The notes beneath the pieces were generated by a model. It had not been told where the DNA came from and did no database searches. It saw nothing but the letters and a program-made list of their open reading frames with translations. A DNA stretch of 64,000 nt. It comes from a virus (lineage: Duplodnaviria > Caudoviricetes). Shown in pieces: positions 28,501 through 39,300 of this stretch; position 1 is the first letter of the stretch; every line of letters starts with the position of its first letter. The position numbers and the translations under genes are program-made. The stretch is from positions 1 through 64,000 of the IMG/VR virus record IMGVR_UViG_3300021400_001310; one strand, given 5' to 3'.

Positions 28501-31500
28501 CTGAGTCTATTAACTATCTTAAAGAAATGTTCGTCGCTCCGTTTACAGGTAAATATAACGAAAATATTATATCATACCGAACATATACACCCCTCCAGAA
28601 GCTAATTAGAGCAGATGATGTTGATGAAGCAGCTAAACAAGTAGCTGAATATTTCTCACAAACATCGAATGATTCCAGATTCGGTGAAGATTTAGCAAAA
28701 CAAAAAAGTTTTTTTAAAATATTTGAAAAATATGGAATTGACACAACTGAACTCAAAAAGGGTTATAAAAATGTAATTTCATCAAATACTAAATATTTTG
28801 CACGTATAGCAAAAGAAAATAAGAATGAATTAACGCAACTTGTTGATGATTATGAATCAAATTTTGAAAAGAGTATCGACCCCTTAAAAAATATGATAGC
28901 TGCATATGTGGACAATATTTTTTTAGATGATACAAAGTTTTCAAACATATCTTCTGAGTCAGAATCTATACTTAACTCTTATTTTTCTAAATTGGGGTTT
29001 CAAGATTTAAGATTTAAAGACGGATGGGAAGGCTCTAATGGCGTCAAGAAAATGATTGATGATATCTTATCAGAGTTTAATGATTTAAGCTCCTTCGACC
29101 AAAAATCAATTAGTACATTCTTAGATATAAAAGCAAAATACAATAATGGTGCCTGTTCTATTGAGGAATATCAGAAAGCGTTATCTGAAGCAGAGGTAGC
29201 TATTGATAATATTGGAGATAAAGATGTCCAAACAAAAATTTCAACCTTTTTAAACCTCGACTATTCTGACAGCAAGATCAAGGAAGATAGCGCCAAACAA
29301 TTAGTCCGGGACTACGAACAAGCAGGAAATATAGGAAATAAAGACTTACGAGCTAAATATTTTAACGAAATAGCAATTAAGGCTGAAGAAGCTCAGATGA
29401 AAGTCAGAGACTTCATTAATACGTTCTCTACAATTAAAACTGCCGCAGATGTTGCCAATTCTGTTAATTTTGACTTAGGTAAATATTTCTTTGTGGATGA
29501 TTTATCACAAACGTTACAAAGAGTGCTTCCAATTTCAAAAGATTTTAAGGCGCCACATTATTTAAAGAGTGTTATTGATACAGAAACTAACTCTTTCACA
29601 AAAAATATTGATGACTATTTATCTAAAACTAATGTATTAAAATCAGCTTTCTCAAAACTAAACAATGGTACATTCAGGGCAAAAGATTTAGAGGAACTTA
29701 ATCGGTTATTCCCCACGCTCTCTGAGGGTTCCGACGATTTAAGAGTAAAGATCGTTAAATTGGCTGGTGAAATGGGTACAGATCTTGCACATAGATTTGG
29801 AGAAATTGATACCAATGCCGATGTTAACGAGCTTAACGCATTTAGAGATGCGGTGTTAGAGCTTGGAGATGTAGTCGGAGATACATCATTTAGTGTTGAC
29901 ATTTCTGCAGAAATTGCAAATATGGAAGCAATCAGTACAGCTATCAACGAATCAGTTAGCTCAATCGGTGTCCAAGCTGAATCATTAAAGAAAGTAAAAG
30001 AAATATTCAGTACCCTCCCCGGAGGTTATGACGCCAACAGATTATTTGAAGGTACTGTTAATGGTATTCATTTAAATACTCAGGCTTTACGAGAACTAAA
30101 CAAAGAATATATCGAAGAACAAAAAGCTAAACAAAGATTTAGTCTTCAAGAACTGATAAACGATTATAAAATATTAACAGAAAAAATCAATCAATGCAGC
30201 AGCGCGTCGGAAAGCTCATCTTTATTTACTAAAAGAAACAATATCGAAGCCGAAATAAAAGCTCTGAGTGAAGAGATTGCAATATATGACGGATTAACAT
30301 CAGCATTCCATCGTTGGGAAGAAGCACAACAAACCGGCAACGAACGTGATATGTATGAGTCAATCGCCAAGGGAAAGAAGCAAATTGACGAACTCATAGG
30401 AAGAGGTTGGGTTGACGACGAGGTACGTGCTTACATTGATTTACTATCAGGTAAAGACCTCAGCACAGCGCCCATTAAGGATGTTATTGCCGAATATAAC
30501 AGGCTAAAGAAAACCGTAAAAGGCACAGGTTATGACGTATTCGATTTCTTTACGCTCGACGACGATGGTAACTCTACCGCTAACGGTGTTACAAACTTCT
30601 TTAATGCATTAATGAAGACCGCTGAGAATAAAAAGAACCAGTGGGTAACAAAAAATAAAGAAGGCTTATTTAGTTTTAATTTTGATAATGATGGCGGAGA
30701 AGGAATTGCAAAAGCTTTAGGCTTAGATATTGAAGCTGTGCAAGCGATACTACGGGCTGCAATAGACACAGGTTTTGAAGTTAACTTTGATTCCGTATAT
30801 CAAAATTTAGACTTAGTCAAAACAGAGGCAGAAAAGGCTGCAGACGCTATCAGGTCGATATCTAAATTTGATTTTAACTTTAACACAAATGATGTCGATT
30901 ACTTAGACAAGCAGATTAATGTAGCTAAAGAAACCTTAGACGAATTAGCAAGTAGTAAAGGCGAATTAAGCTTAAAGGACACAGATGTTAAGAATACCGT
31001 CAAAGTTCTTGAAACTTTAATTGCTCAAAAACTAAAGCTCACCGAACCCGCCGTAATGAGCATAGACGTTTCAAAGATAACAAATAAAGATGCGCGAAAC
31101 AGTATAGAAAAGGTTCAGCAATATATAGCGGCGCGTAATGACTTTGAGATAAAAATGCAAGTAGGCGTTGATTCTAATGCAACGAAAAATGCCAAAGATA
31201 AACTTGATAAATTACGAAAAGAGCTAATCAATAATAAGGAATTTATTGCATACGTCGAGCCTCATTTAAAACCCGGAGAAACAATTGAAGGGCTAACTGA
31301 GGCTGAACTTAATAGCTATATAAACGATTTATATGGAGTTAATCTTAATGTTGATGATCTTAAGATTAACAAAGAAGCTTTAAAAATGGATCCAGATGCA
31401 GGTCAAACTGCTGGTGCTCAACTTGTTGAGGGAATTAACGAAGCTCTGAACAATATAGATCCTATTGAGTTAAAGATAGCCTTCCCTGAGAATATGAGTG

Positions 31501-34500
31501 GCACTCTTGCAAAATTATTTGGATTAGAAAAAGATAAAGAAACAGGAAATTGGGTTTATAAAATTGGTGTTCAAACAGGCACTCAAAAGCCTGCCAAAGA
31601 AAGCTCGACTTCATCAAAGACAACGACCAAAACAACAACCGGCAATAATAACAGCGTTGCGCCTTTTGCCCCCAATCAATCTCTAACCCCTAAGAACAGT
31701 AAATTTATATCGCCCATTCCGACGTTTGCTCAAGGCGTAGATTTTACATCCGCCCCAGGTCAAACCAAAGGAGGCGGTAAGTCTCGGATTACAGGAAAAG
31801 GCACAGGTAAAGATAAAGGCGAAACAATTACCGATATACACCTAACAAAGTATAAATCCGAAAATGTTGAGGGTACGATAAACAACGCTCAAAAGGTTGC
31901 TAAAGCCTATGATCAAGTGCCTGAAAATGTAACATCAACATTCTCCACTAAAGGTGGAAGTGCCGCAAGATCTGAAGCTTCTAAAACAAGTAGTACACTA
32001 AATAATGTTCCAAAGAAGAAGCAAATAGAGTTCTCCGCTCAAAATGCAGAGAAGACGCGAAACATAATCAACAACATTTCCACTTCGATGCAATCAGTCC
32101 CCGAAAATAAATTTGTAAGCATTCTTCTTAACGTTAAAGAACAAGTAACAAAGGCGGCAGGTAGAATTTTAGCTAAGCTTGGAATTAGTTTGGCGTCCGG
32201 AACTGTAAAGAATACGGTTGTTACTACGTCAACTACATATGGAGCACCAGCCAACAGAATGAAAATGGTGCGTATGGCAAAAGCACAAGGCACCGCCTTT
32301 AAATCTGGTAACTGGGGAACCAAAAGTGATGGTGTCGCATTAGGCGGAGAACTGGGGCAAGAACTTGTTGTAAGAGACGGAAGGTTCTTTACAATCGGTG
32401 ACGACTCGGCTGAATTTTTCAAGTACAAACGTGGCGATATTATCTTTAATGCCGAACAAACATCCGAAATTTTTAGGTTCGGAAAAATCAAGAACGCAAA
32501 AGCAAGAGGTCAAGCCTTATCTTCAGGTAATGCATTTGTAGAAGGGAATGCGTTTAACAAAGGTGCAAACGGGTCTCAGGGCATTAAGTTAACCACTATT
32601 AAAGCATCTGGTTCAACGAGTAAGACCAGTAAGTCGTCCAAAAAATCTTCATCTAAAAACTCCGATAGTTCAAAAGAAGATTCAAAGTCTAAGATTGACT
32701 ATATTGAAATTGCGATAGACAGACTTGAAAGAGCAGTTAAAAAGCTCGAGCGTGTTGCTACGAGTTCCTTTAAGACTTTGGATAAGAGACTTAAAGCCAC
32801 TACTGATGAATTTGCCAAACTTAACGAAGAGGCATCTACTTATCAGAAAGCATATAATAAATATCTATCTGCAGCAAATGCTGTTAACGTTTCTTCTTCC
32901 ATTAAGAAAAAAGTACAAAACGGTTCAATAGATATAACAGAATACAGCTCAGAAACAGCCGACTTGATTAACGAATACAAATCTCTATATGAAAAAGCAT
33001 TAGATGCTAAAGACGCTATAGAAGAAATTAGAGAGACGCAGGCTTCCTTATATGAAAACAAGTTTAACGATATGATGGAAGATTATGAGAGTCAGCTTAA
33101 CCAATTTGAACATCAAGCCAATATCTACAATTCGGCTATTGAGACTTCTGCCGCAAAGGGATATTTGGCAAGTACCAAATATTACGAAGCGCTTATTGAA
33201 AATGAGTATAAGAACATCGATGTTTTGCAGAAAGAAATGAATAAACTGATCCAAGCAAGGGATGTGGCGGTAAGTAGCGGTTATATTGAAAAGTATTCTC
33301 AATCATGGTACAAAATGCAGGATTCAATTAACGGTGTCGAAGAAGCAATAAACGATGCGAATAAATCTTTAGTAGAATTTAAAAACAATATACGTGACAC
33401 CAGATGGGAAAACTTTGCATTTCTACAAGATGAAATATCTCAGATAACATCTGAATCAAATTTCTTAATAGACTTAATGAGTGATTCCAAATTGTTTGAC
33501 GACAAAGGAACAATAACAGATTCCGGTATGGCAACAATGGGATTACGAGCTATGAATTATGACGTATATATGGCACAAGCGGACAAATACGCCAAAGAGA
33601 TTCAGGAGGTAAATAAGGAACTTGCTTCGGATGAAAACAAGAAGAATACCAACCTTATCAAAAAACGTGAAGAACTTTTAGAGCTGCAAAGAGAATCGAT
33701 ATTATCTGCTGAGAATGAAAAAGGAGCTATTAAAGATTTAGTAAGCTCAGGAATCGATCTTCAAATATCTTCTTTACAGAAATTGATTAATAAATATAAC
33801 GATTCACTTGATAGTGCAAAGGATTTATACGATTATCAAAAGAGATTAAAGGATAGCACGTCTGAGATCGCTTCTCTTCAAAAGCAGTTAGCGGCATATC
33901 AAAATGATACTTCGGAAGAAACAAAAGCAACTGTACAGAGGCTTAAAGTCGAGTTACAAAAATCACAAGAGAATTTACAAGACACAGAGTATGATCGTTA
34001 TATTAGTGAACAGAAAAAGTTATTAGATCACTTATTTAATGAATATGAAGATTTGCTTAATCAGAGATTGGATAATATTGAGCTATTACTTTCTGACGCA
34101 ATTACGATGGCGAATGATAATACATACAGCATTAACGAAACAATCGAGACAGCGACACAGGATGTCGGCTATACATTAACTGACGAATTATCAAATGTCT
34201 GGAATGGTACTATTGTTTCGCTCGAAGGTACATTATCTGAATATGGAGATAACTTTGCAGAGAAATTAACAACCATCAATGCCGTTTTAGATTCCATATC
34301 ATCAAACGTAGGGTCTATGGTTGCTGAAAGTAATGCTAAAGCGACGGCTGCGACAGGCAAATCTTCTTCTACAAGTCAGAGTAAAACTGCATCTTCAACC
34401 ACACCGAAGGCAACAACTACCACAACTAAAACATCAACAACTACTTCTAAGGCTATTAAGGTTGGCGGAACAATCAATGCAGGTAATGCGAAAATCTACA

Positions 34501-35066
34501 AATCAAGCGACGGTAAGGGTGCGTCTACCCAGTATTATAAAAAGGATCCTATTTATACTGTTATTAGAGAAAACAACGGTTATGTGTTAGTAAGACATCA
34601 CACCTTGAAAAAGGGCAGTACAGGCTGGTTTAAAAAGTCAGATGTCAAGGCTTATAAACATGGTGGTCTTGCTAAAGAGACAGGCTTTGCTTGGTTGGAT
34701 GGAACTCCGCAAAAGCCCGAAGCGGTATTAAGCGCCACAGACACCAATAACCTACTCCGATTAACAGATATGCTTGATAAGATTAACAGGCTTAATAATA
34801 CAGATACTTATAGCAGAATGTTGCCAACTATAATATCCGACGTGTCTGAAACAAATAAAAAGATACTTGGTTCAATCAACACTGTAAGTGGCAATCAAGG
34901 ATTTAGAGATGCGATAGTTAATATTGGTATTGAACACGTTGAAGACTATAATGACTTTATGAGGCAACTCACACAAGATAACAACTTTATTAAATTCGTT
35001 CAATCTTTTACGATTGATAGAGTTGCAGGCGGAAGCCCATTATCAAAAAACAAATACAGATGGTAA
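25512..35066 (+). CDS. Tail tape measure protein, 3184 aa
   Basis: TP901-type core (IDAAMTELKKVT, DRFNEVGNNF, VGTALKTIS); long coiled coils; SH3-like segment near the C-terminus. Confidence 0.93.
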   Translation: MADFELDVGLSEVSKEKFKSEIDSLLKGITSKKHNINIHINESEITKANSKLAELVKNLEKIQSLSSTKIKVSANGLKGYTNSDNSSKVAKSASSQNSKLTRLFKEYQKTRAIMAEEDFKGNTKPNSESQTYLTAAKQNLKLKEDLRNFFIDSSTKLDKDQASFLKSINDSTSRYIDQRKAKYADANAAMTQDTRAFQLALQSVDSTLARTEKNLRNWSKAKNGKSSGAYSQLQQQYTDLLSLRAQLNSGLLSKDDFAFQSKEKINNIAALNRQIIDANENTQSFSAKFATLATKFSQWFSVSQLVMKGVKTFKEMYQNVKEIDAAMTELKKVTNETDYVYTKFLDGAATRSKNLGATVTDTITATADYARLGYSIEDASKLADASIIYKNVGDGINDISTASESIISTMKAFNIEADNSLSIVDRFNEVGNNFPISSSGIGQALLNSASALATGNNSLDESIGLITAANSVVQDPSKVGTALKTISMYLRAAKTEAEDAGESTDGMAESVSKLRADILKLTGNKVDIQIDENTFKSTYQILKDLSTVWNDLSDLTKANIIEKIGGKRNANVVTSILGNFDIAEDVMKTTTDSFGSATKENDKYLNSIEGRISQLKAEFEDYSQSVVNSDLIKGFVKSGTTILDIFTKINKTFGTLVPAATAVAAAFSGLKVLKGESGRFVMSDVGSGAQLLYKGMSFDELRQKKIDNNSLFGRWWYKDGARGQQFVKERIFGIERDPNAKFKSTIDAINQYQETINGTSKKYGSDLKYFSDDVAKSNKALKDYFASLRGGEASLEGYHKWCKENGIAVQEMGERSAEAAGKMAGVMNVLSSVGKAFLISAALTIVAKVYDSIAHSAEKMAQKVSEANDAYKEGISKANEASKIVDDIGTRYEYLSKGINTATNENKTLNTEEYEEYLNIVGQISETFPDLVQGYDSQGNAILSCAGNVDKLTEAYKNLRKNVNGELLNSINDTIVDFGNKANALGASSHMNGSWVSESINYLKEMFVAPFTGKYNENIISYRTYTPLQKLIRADDVDEAAKQVAEYFSQTSNDSRFGEDLAKQKSFFKIFEKYGIDTTELKKGYKNVISSNTKYFARIAKENKNELTQLVDDYESNFEKSIDPLKNMIAAYVDNIFLDDTKFSNISSESESILNSYFSKLGFQDLRFKDGWEGSNGVKKMIDDILSEFNDLSSFDQKSISTFLDIKAKYNNGACSIEEYQKALSEAEVAIDNIGDKDVQTKISTFLNLDYSDSKIKEDSAKQLVRDYEQAGNIGNKDLRAKYFNEIAIKAEEAQMKVRDFINTFSTIKTAADVANSVNFDLGKYFFVDDLSQTLQRVLPISKDFKAPHYLKSVIDTETNSFTKNIDDYLSKTNVLKSAFSKLNNGTFRAKDLEELNRLFPTLSEGSDDLRVKIVKLAGEMGTDLAHRFGEIDTNADVNELNAFRDAVLELGDVVGDTSFSVDISAEIANMEAISTAINESVSSIGVQAESLKKVKEIFSTLPGGYDANRLFEGTVNGIHLNTQALRELNKEYIEEQKAKQRFSLQELINDYKILTEKINQCSSASESSSLFTKRNNIEAEIKALSEEIAIYDGLTSAFHRWEEAQQTGNERDMYESIAKGKKQIDELIGRGWVDDEVRAYIDLLSGKDLSTAPIKDVIAEYNRLKKTVKGTGYDVFDFFTLDDDGNSTANGVTNFFNALMKTAENKKNQWVTKNKEGLFSFNFDNDGGEGIAKALGLDIEAVQAILRAAIDTGFEVNFDSVYQNLDLVKTEAEKAADAIRSISKFDFNFNTNDVDYLDKQINVAKETLDELASSKGELSLKDTDVKNTVKVLETLIAQKLKLTEPAVMSIDVSKITNKDARNSIEKVQQYIAARNDFEIKMQVGVDSNATKNAKDKLDKLRKELINNKEFIAYVEPHLKPGETIEGLTEAELNSYINDLYGVNLNVDDLKINKEALKMDPDAGQTAGAQLVEGINEALNNIDPIELKIAFPENMSGTLAKLFGLEKDKETGNWVYKIGVQTGTQKPAKESSTSSKTTTKTTTGNNNSVAPFAPNQSLTPKNSKFISPIPTFAQGVDFTSAPGQTKGGGKSRITGKGTGKDKGETITDIHLTKYKSENVEGTINNAQKVAKAYDQVPENVTSTFSTKGGSAARSEASKTSSTLNNVPKKKQIEFSAQNAEKTRNIINNISTSMQSVPENKFVSILLNVKEQVTKAAGRILAKLGISLASGTVKNTVVTTSTTYGAPANRMKMVRMAKAQGTAFKSGNWGTKSDGVALGGELGQELVVRDGRFFTIGDDSAEFFKYKRGDIIFNAEQTSEIFRFGKIKNAKARGQALSSGNAFVEGNAFNKGANGSQGIKLTTIKASGSTSKTSKSSKKSSSKNSDSSKEDSKSKIDYIEIAIDRLERAVKKLERVATSSFKTLDKRLKATTDEFAKLNEEASTYQKAYNKYLSAANAVNVSSSIKKKVQNGSIDITEYSSETADLINEYKSLYEKALDAKDAIEEIRETQASLYENKFNDMMEDYESQLNQFEHQANIYNSAIETSAAKGYLASTKYYEALIENEYKNIDVLQKEMNKLIQARDVAVSSGYIEKYSQSWYKMQDSINGVEEAINDANKSLVEFKNNIRDTRWENFAFLQDEISQITSESNFLIDLMSDSKLFDDKGTITDSGMATMGLRAMNYDVYMAQADKYAKEIQEVNKELASDENKKNTNLIKKREELLELQRESILSAENEKGAIKDLVSSGIDLQISSLQKLINKYNDSLDSAKDLYDYQKRLKDSTSEIASLQKQLAAYQNDTSEETKATVQRLKVELQKSQENLQDTEYDRYISEQKKLLDHLFNEYEDLLNQRLDNIELLLSDAITMANDNTYSINETIETATQDVGYTLTDELSNVWNGTIVSLEGTLSEYGDNFAEKLTTINAVLDSISSNVGSMVAESNAKATAATGKSSSTSQSKTASSTTPKATTTTTKTSTTTSKAIKVGGTINAGNAKIYKSSDGKGASTQYYKKDPIYTVIRENNGYVLVRHHTLKKGSTGWFKKSDVKAYKHGGLAKETGFAWLDGTPQKPEAVLSATDTNNLLRLTDMLDKINRLNNTDTYSRMLPTIISDVSETNKKILGSINTVSGNQGFRDAIVNIGIEHVEDYNDFMRQLTQDNNFIKFVQSFTIDRVAGGSPLSKNKYRW

Positions 35067-35113
35067 TATCGGGAGTGGGCAACCACTCCCCTATTATTAT
35101 TCGGAGGAAACTA

Positions 35114-35416
35114 ATGAGAACTAAAAATAAAATATTCCAACGCCTAAACAAAAAACAGGTAAAGGATTTAAAAGAAGAACTCTCTCTCTTAAAACATAAC
35201 AATTTAGAGTATGAAAAGATTATTTCATGCAAAAACAATGAAATCTCTGAATTGAAAAATCAAATCAATGATGCTATTAAAGAGCGAGAAGATGCTATTA
35301 AAGAGCTTATTGAATTCAAAAAAGTTTACTCTGCTCTGCTTGAAGATATTTATAAGACTAAGAAAGAGTATACATCTGAATTTAAAAAAATTATCAAACA
35401 AGTAAAGAAAATATAA
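35114..35416 (+). CDS. Coiled-coil hypothetical protein
   Basis: SD GGAGG then ATG 35114. Confidence 0.6.
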   Translation: MRTKNKIFQRLNKKQVKDLKEELSLLKHNNLEYEKIISCKNNEISELKNQINDAIKEREDAIKELIEFKKVYSALLEDIYKTKKEYTSEFKKIIKQVKKI

Positions 35417-35434
35417 AGAAAGGACGGTGGTGAT

Positions 35435-36370
35435 TTGTACGCAGAAGATTTTGAATATGATGGCACAAAGCTCAGTGATTTTGGATTCGTGATATGTAAC
35501 TTTAATGAAGATTCAGGAATTACTAATTTATCTGCAGGAGCCGAAATTGTCTTTGACACCGTTCCAGTAAATCACGGAAGAAGGCGTATTCTTACAGGTT
35601 CTAAGTATCAGGAATGCCTGTCTGCTACTTTTGATATTATTAAAGATCCCTGCGCAAACGAAAATATTGCTATTTCCGATTCCGAATACATCAAGCTATT
35701 AACTTGGCTTAACAGGCATAAATTTTTAAATTTTAATTTTGTTAACACCGAAGAAGTTAATATTCTTCGTTACTATAAAGCCAGCTTTAATATAGAAGAT
35801 ATTAGAATTGACGATACGTTATACGGTCTACATTTAAATATGACAACCGACAAACCATTTTGTTATGGATACGATAAAAGCCTTTCAAAACTATATTATC
35901 CAACTTCCGTTAATTATATTTTACCAACAAACGAAAATGGTATGTTGATTTATTCACTTGATCAGTTTGAATCATTTGATGGTTATACAAGATATCAAAA
36001 TATCTACATAAACAATTATAGCAATGAATTAGGTTTTGTCCCGCTAAACATAAAATTTAACACCGGTTCGGCATCTGGTACTATTCGTTTTTATAATGAA
36101 ACAACAGGAGAAAATACTTATGTCTATAACACATCGCCAAATGAAACTATAACCATAGACAGCGAAAATAAAATTATTTCATCTGATTTAGAATTACATA
36201 AAATATACAACGATTTTAATTTTGTTTTTCCTCGATTAGAAAGAAAAACACTATCTTTATCTACATATAACAATAAACTAAAGTTCGGTTATGATAATCC
36301 AAATAAATCAGAAAAAATATCCAGCGTTGAACTGTCTTACCATCCGATAATTAAAGGTTCTATATTCTAA
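35435..36370 (+). CDS. Distal tail protein (Dit-like)
   Basis: After the tape measure gene; DFEYDGTKLSDFG, DFNFVFPRL. Confidence 0.7.
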   Translation: MYAEDFEYDGTKLSDFGFVICNFNEDSGITNLSAGAEIVFDTVPVNHGRRRILTGSKYQECLSATFDIIKDPCANENIAISDSEYIKLLTWLNRHKFLNFNFVNTEEVNILRYYKASFNIEDIRIDDTLYGLHLNMTTDKPFCYGYDKSLSKLYYPTSVNYILPTNENGMLIYSLDQFESFDGYTRYQNIYINNYSNELGFVPLNIKFNTGSASGTIRFYNETTGENTYVYNTSPNETITIDSENKIISSDLELHKIYNDFNFVFPRLERKTLSLSTYNNKLKFGYDNPNKSEKISSVELSYHPIIKGSIF

Positions 36371-36386
36371 GAGAGGAGGTGTACTT

Positions 36387-39300
36387 ATGGCAATAAGGAT
36401 TGACTTTGATTCCGAACATAATATTGTTGAGCCAACATTAGTCTTAACGACAAAGAACGGAAATAAATTAGGTGTTCTGAATTATTATGATTGGTCTTTT
36501 AGGGAAGAGATTGGTTCTTACGAAATGGCGTTTTCAATAAGCAAAACAGACAACGGAGAGGTTGCCGATATCTGGAGCATGGTAACCGATTTCAAATTAA
36601 TATGGTGTAAAGAATGGGATAGATACTTTGAGATAACGGTCGAAATAGACGAATCTGATGAGACTATAAAAAACATCTCTGCTAAGGCTTTAGGTATAGC
36701 TGAGCTTTCACAAATAATGCTTTATAATATTGAGATTAATACCGAAGATGACATTGCGAGGGATGACTATGAAAAGCCCACAGTTTTATATGACGAAACA
36801 AATAGTAAAATTTCCCTGCTGAATAGAATAACAGAAAAGGCGCCTCATTATACTATTGCCCATGTTGATAATAGTATAGCAAATATACAAAGGACTTTCT
36901 CTTTTAATAACATATCTTTATGGGATGCGTTTACAGAAATAGGAGAAGAAATAGGTTGTCTATTTGTAGTAGATGCAACAGAAGATGCTGAAAATACTCC
37001 CGGCATAAAAAGAGAGATAAGGGTTTACGATCTTGAGTATTATTGTTTAGACTGTGAAACAAGATCGGAATTCGAGGCAAGTTGCCCTAAATGCGGAAGT
37101 ACAAATATTAAACCCCCTTCGATTGGAGAAGATACAAATATTTTTATTTCAGTGGAAAATTTAGCTGATAATATTACATACGCAACTAATGATGGTGAGA
37201 TAAAAAACTGTTTTAAGCTGGAGGCTGGAGACGAGCTAATGACCGCCTCAATTATTAATTGTAATCCAAACGGAAGTGCATATATTTGGAATCTTTCTAA
37301 TAACACAAAGAGCGATATGAGTGAAAGTCTTGTATCCAAACTAAGAGATTATGATGACGATTTTAATTCATATCAAAATAGTCATAAGTATGAGATTAAT
37401 AATTATTCTGATTACAATAAATTGATTGACGATTATTCTGACTTTTTAAGATATAGATATAAAGTATCAGAAACCGATCCTCTTGATTTCAAGAAGATTC
37501 CTGCATCTGGCGTAACTGGTTATCCGAATTTAATGAACAAAATGTATGACATCATAGATATTAATTTGTTCTTGGAACACGAGCTTTTGCCCATTCCTGA
37601 TTCAGATATCTCCCCTGTTACGTCTGCTGAAAATGAATTAAATAAGATTATAGGTACTGGAGCGCTAAACACTTATGTTTTAAGCGCAGCAAGCTTAACT
37701 TCCGCTATGGTAACTAATGCAGTAGTTGGAACAGCCAAATCAATCATAAATCCATTATATAATGTAGTAGCAAGTGATACGAATTATAACAGTAGTGATC
37801 ATACTTGGTGCGGCAAAATAACAGTAACACGATATGCAGATAAAGATGATACAGCAATATCGGGCATTCTTTCCGCTTCTATTACTGTCGTAAACGATAA
37901 AACCAAGGATGCTTATAGAGAATATGTTAAGCAAAAAATAAACCGAATTATTAATCAAAAAACAGATGACCTAAACGGAATTACAACCTTATTTTCGTCA
38001 GAAGTTTCTTATAATGATTTTGTAAATGAGCTAAATAAATATAGCTTAAAATATCTTGAAACATTAGAAGCAGCAGCTATGTCGTGTATCGATATTTTAA
38101 TAGAACAAGGTGTTTCTGAGAAAACAAACGCTTTTTACAATACACTATATATACCTTACTATAGAAAGTATTTAGCTGTATTAAACGAAGAAAAAGAACG
38201 AAGAAACGAAGTTAAAATCTGCGAAAAGATTTTAGAAACTATAGAAAATCTTGTTATAGAAACACAACAAGATTTAAATTTTGAAAACTATTTAGGCGAA
38301 ACGCTCTGGAAAGAATTTTGTTCTTATAGACGTGAAGACGTATATCAAAACAATAATTATATTTCGGACGGTTTATCTAACGCTGAATTATTTTCACGTT
38401 CTCTTGAGTTCGTTGATAAAGCAGAAAAAGAGATTTATAAATCTTCACAACTACAGCATGTCATTACAGCCTCACTTGGCAATCTGCTTGTTATGGAGGA
38501 ATTCATTCCAATCGTTGATAAATTCTCCATACTTAATTGGATACGAGCAGAAATTGACGGACAAATATACAGATTAAGATTGGTTAGCTACGAGATAAAT
38601 TCATCAGATTTAAGTCATATAGATGTTGAGTTTTCTGATGCTACAAGAGCAGCGGATCATTTAACAAATCTGTCTGATTTATTAAACAAGGTTTCGTCAA
38701 TGACGTCTTCTTATAATGCTGTGATACACCAAGCCGAACAAGGAAATAAGGGATATAGTCGTTTAAACAACTGGGTTAATGACGGTCTATCTCTTACTAA
38801 TATGAAAATAGTAAGCGATAGTGATAATCAGGCAATAACTTGGGACGAGCATGGTATGTTAGCAAGGGAGTACGTCCCTATTACCGACGATTATTCTGAA
38901 AAGCAGTTGAAAATTATCAACAAAGGTTTATACCTGACAGACGACGGATGGGAATCTACCCGTGCAGCCATAGGAGATTTTGTTTTCTATAACCCTAACA
39001 GCAGGAGGTACGAAGAAAGCTATGGTGTAATTGCTAATACTTTGGTTGGTAATTTAATTTTATCAAACGAAGTGGGTGTTTACAATCCTGAAGGAAGCGT
39101 AAAGTTAGATAAAAATGGTATAAAAATTACCATTGATACAACGTTATCGGACTCATTAAAGCAAGCTTCTTTTGAGATAGGTAAACAAAGTTATAGTTAT
39201 GATGAGTACGGAGAAAAACGATACGACGAGGAAGGACATCCTCTCTACGATTATGAAAAACAGATTTGGTTTGATGCAAACGGCAATGCTCATTTCAAAG

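Noticed and set aside
26053-34590. Many 60-150 aa antisense or alternate-frame ORFs inside long genes (also in nrdD and dnaE)
   Set aside because: Shadow ORFs with no evident RBS or motifs, fully nested in well-supported genes
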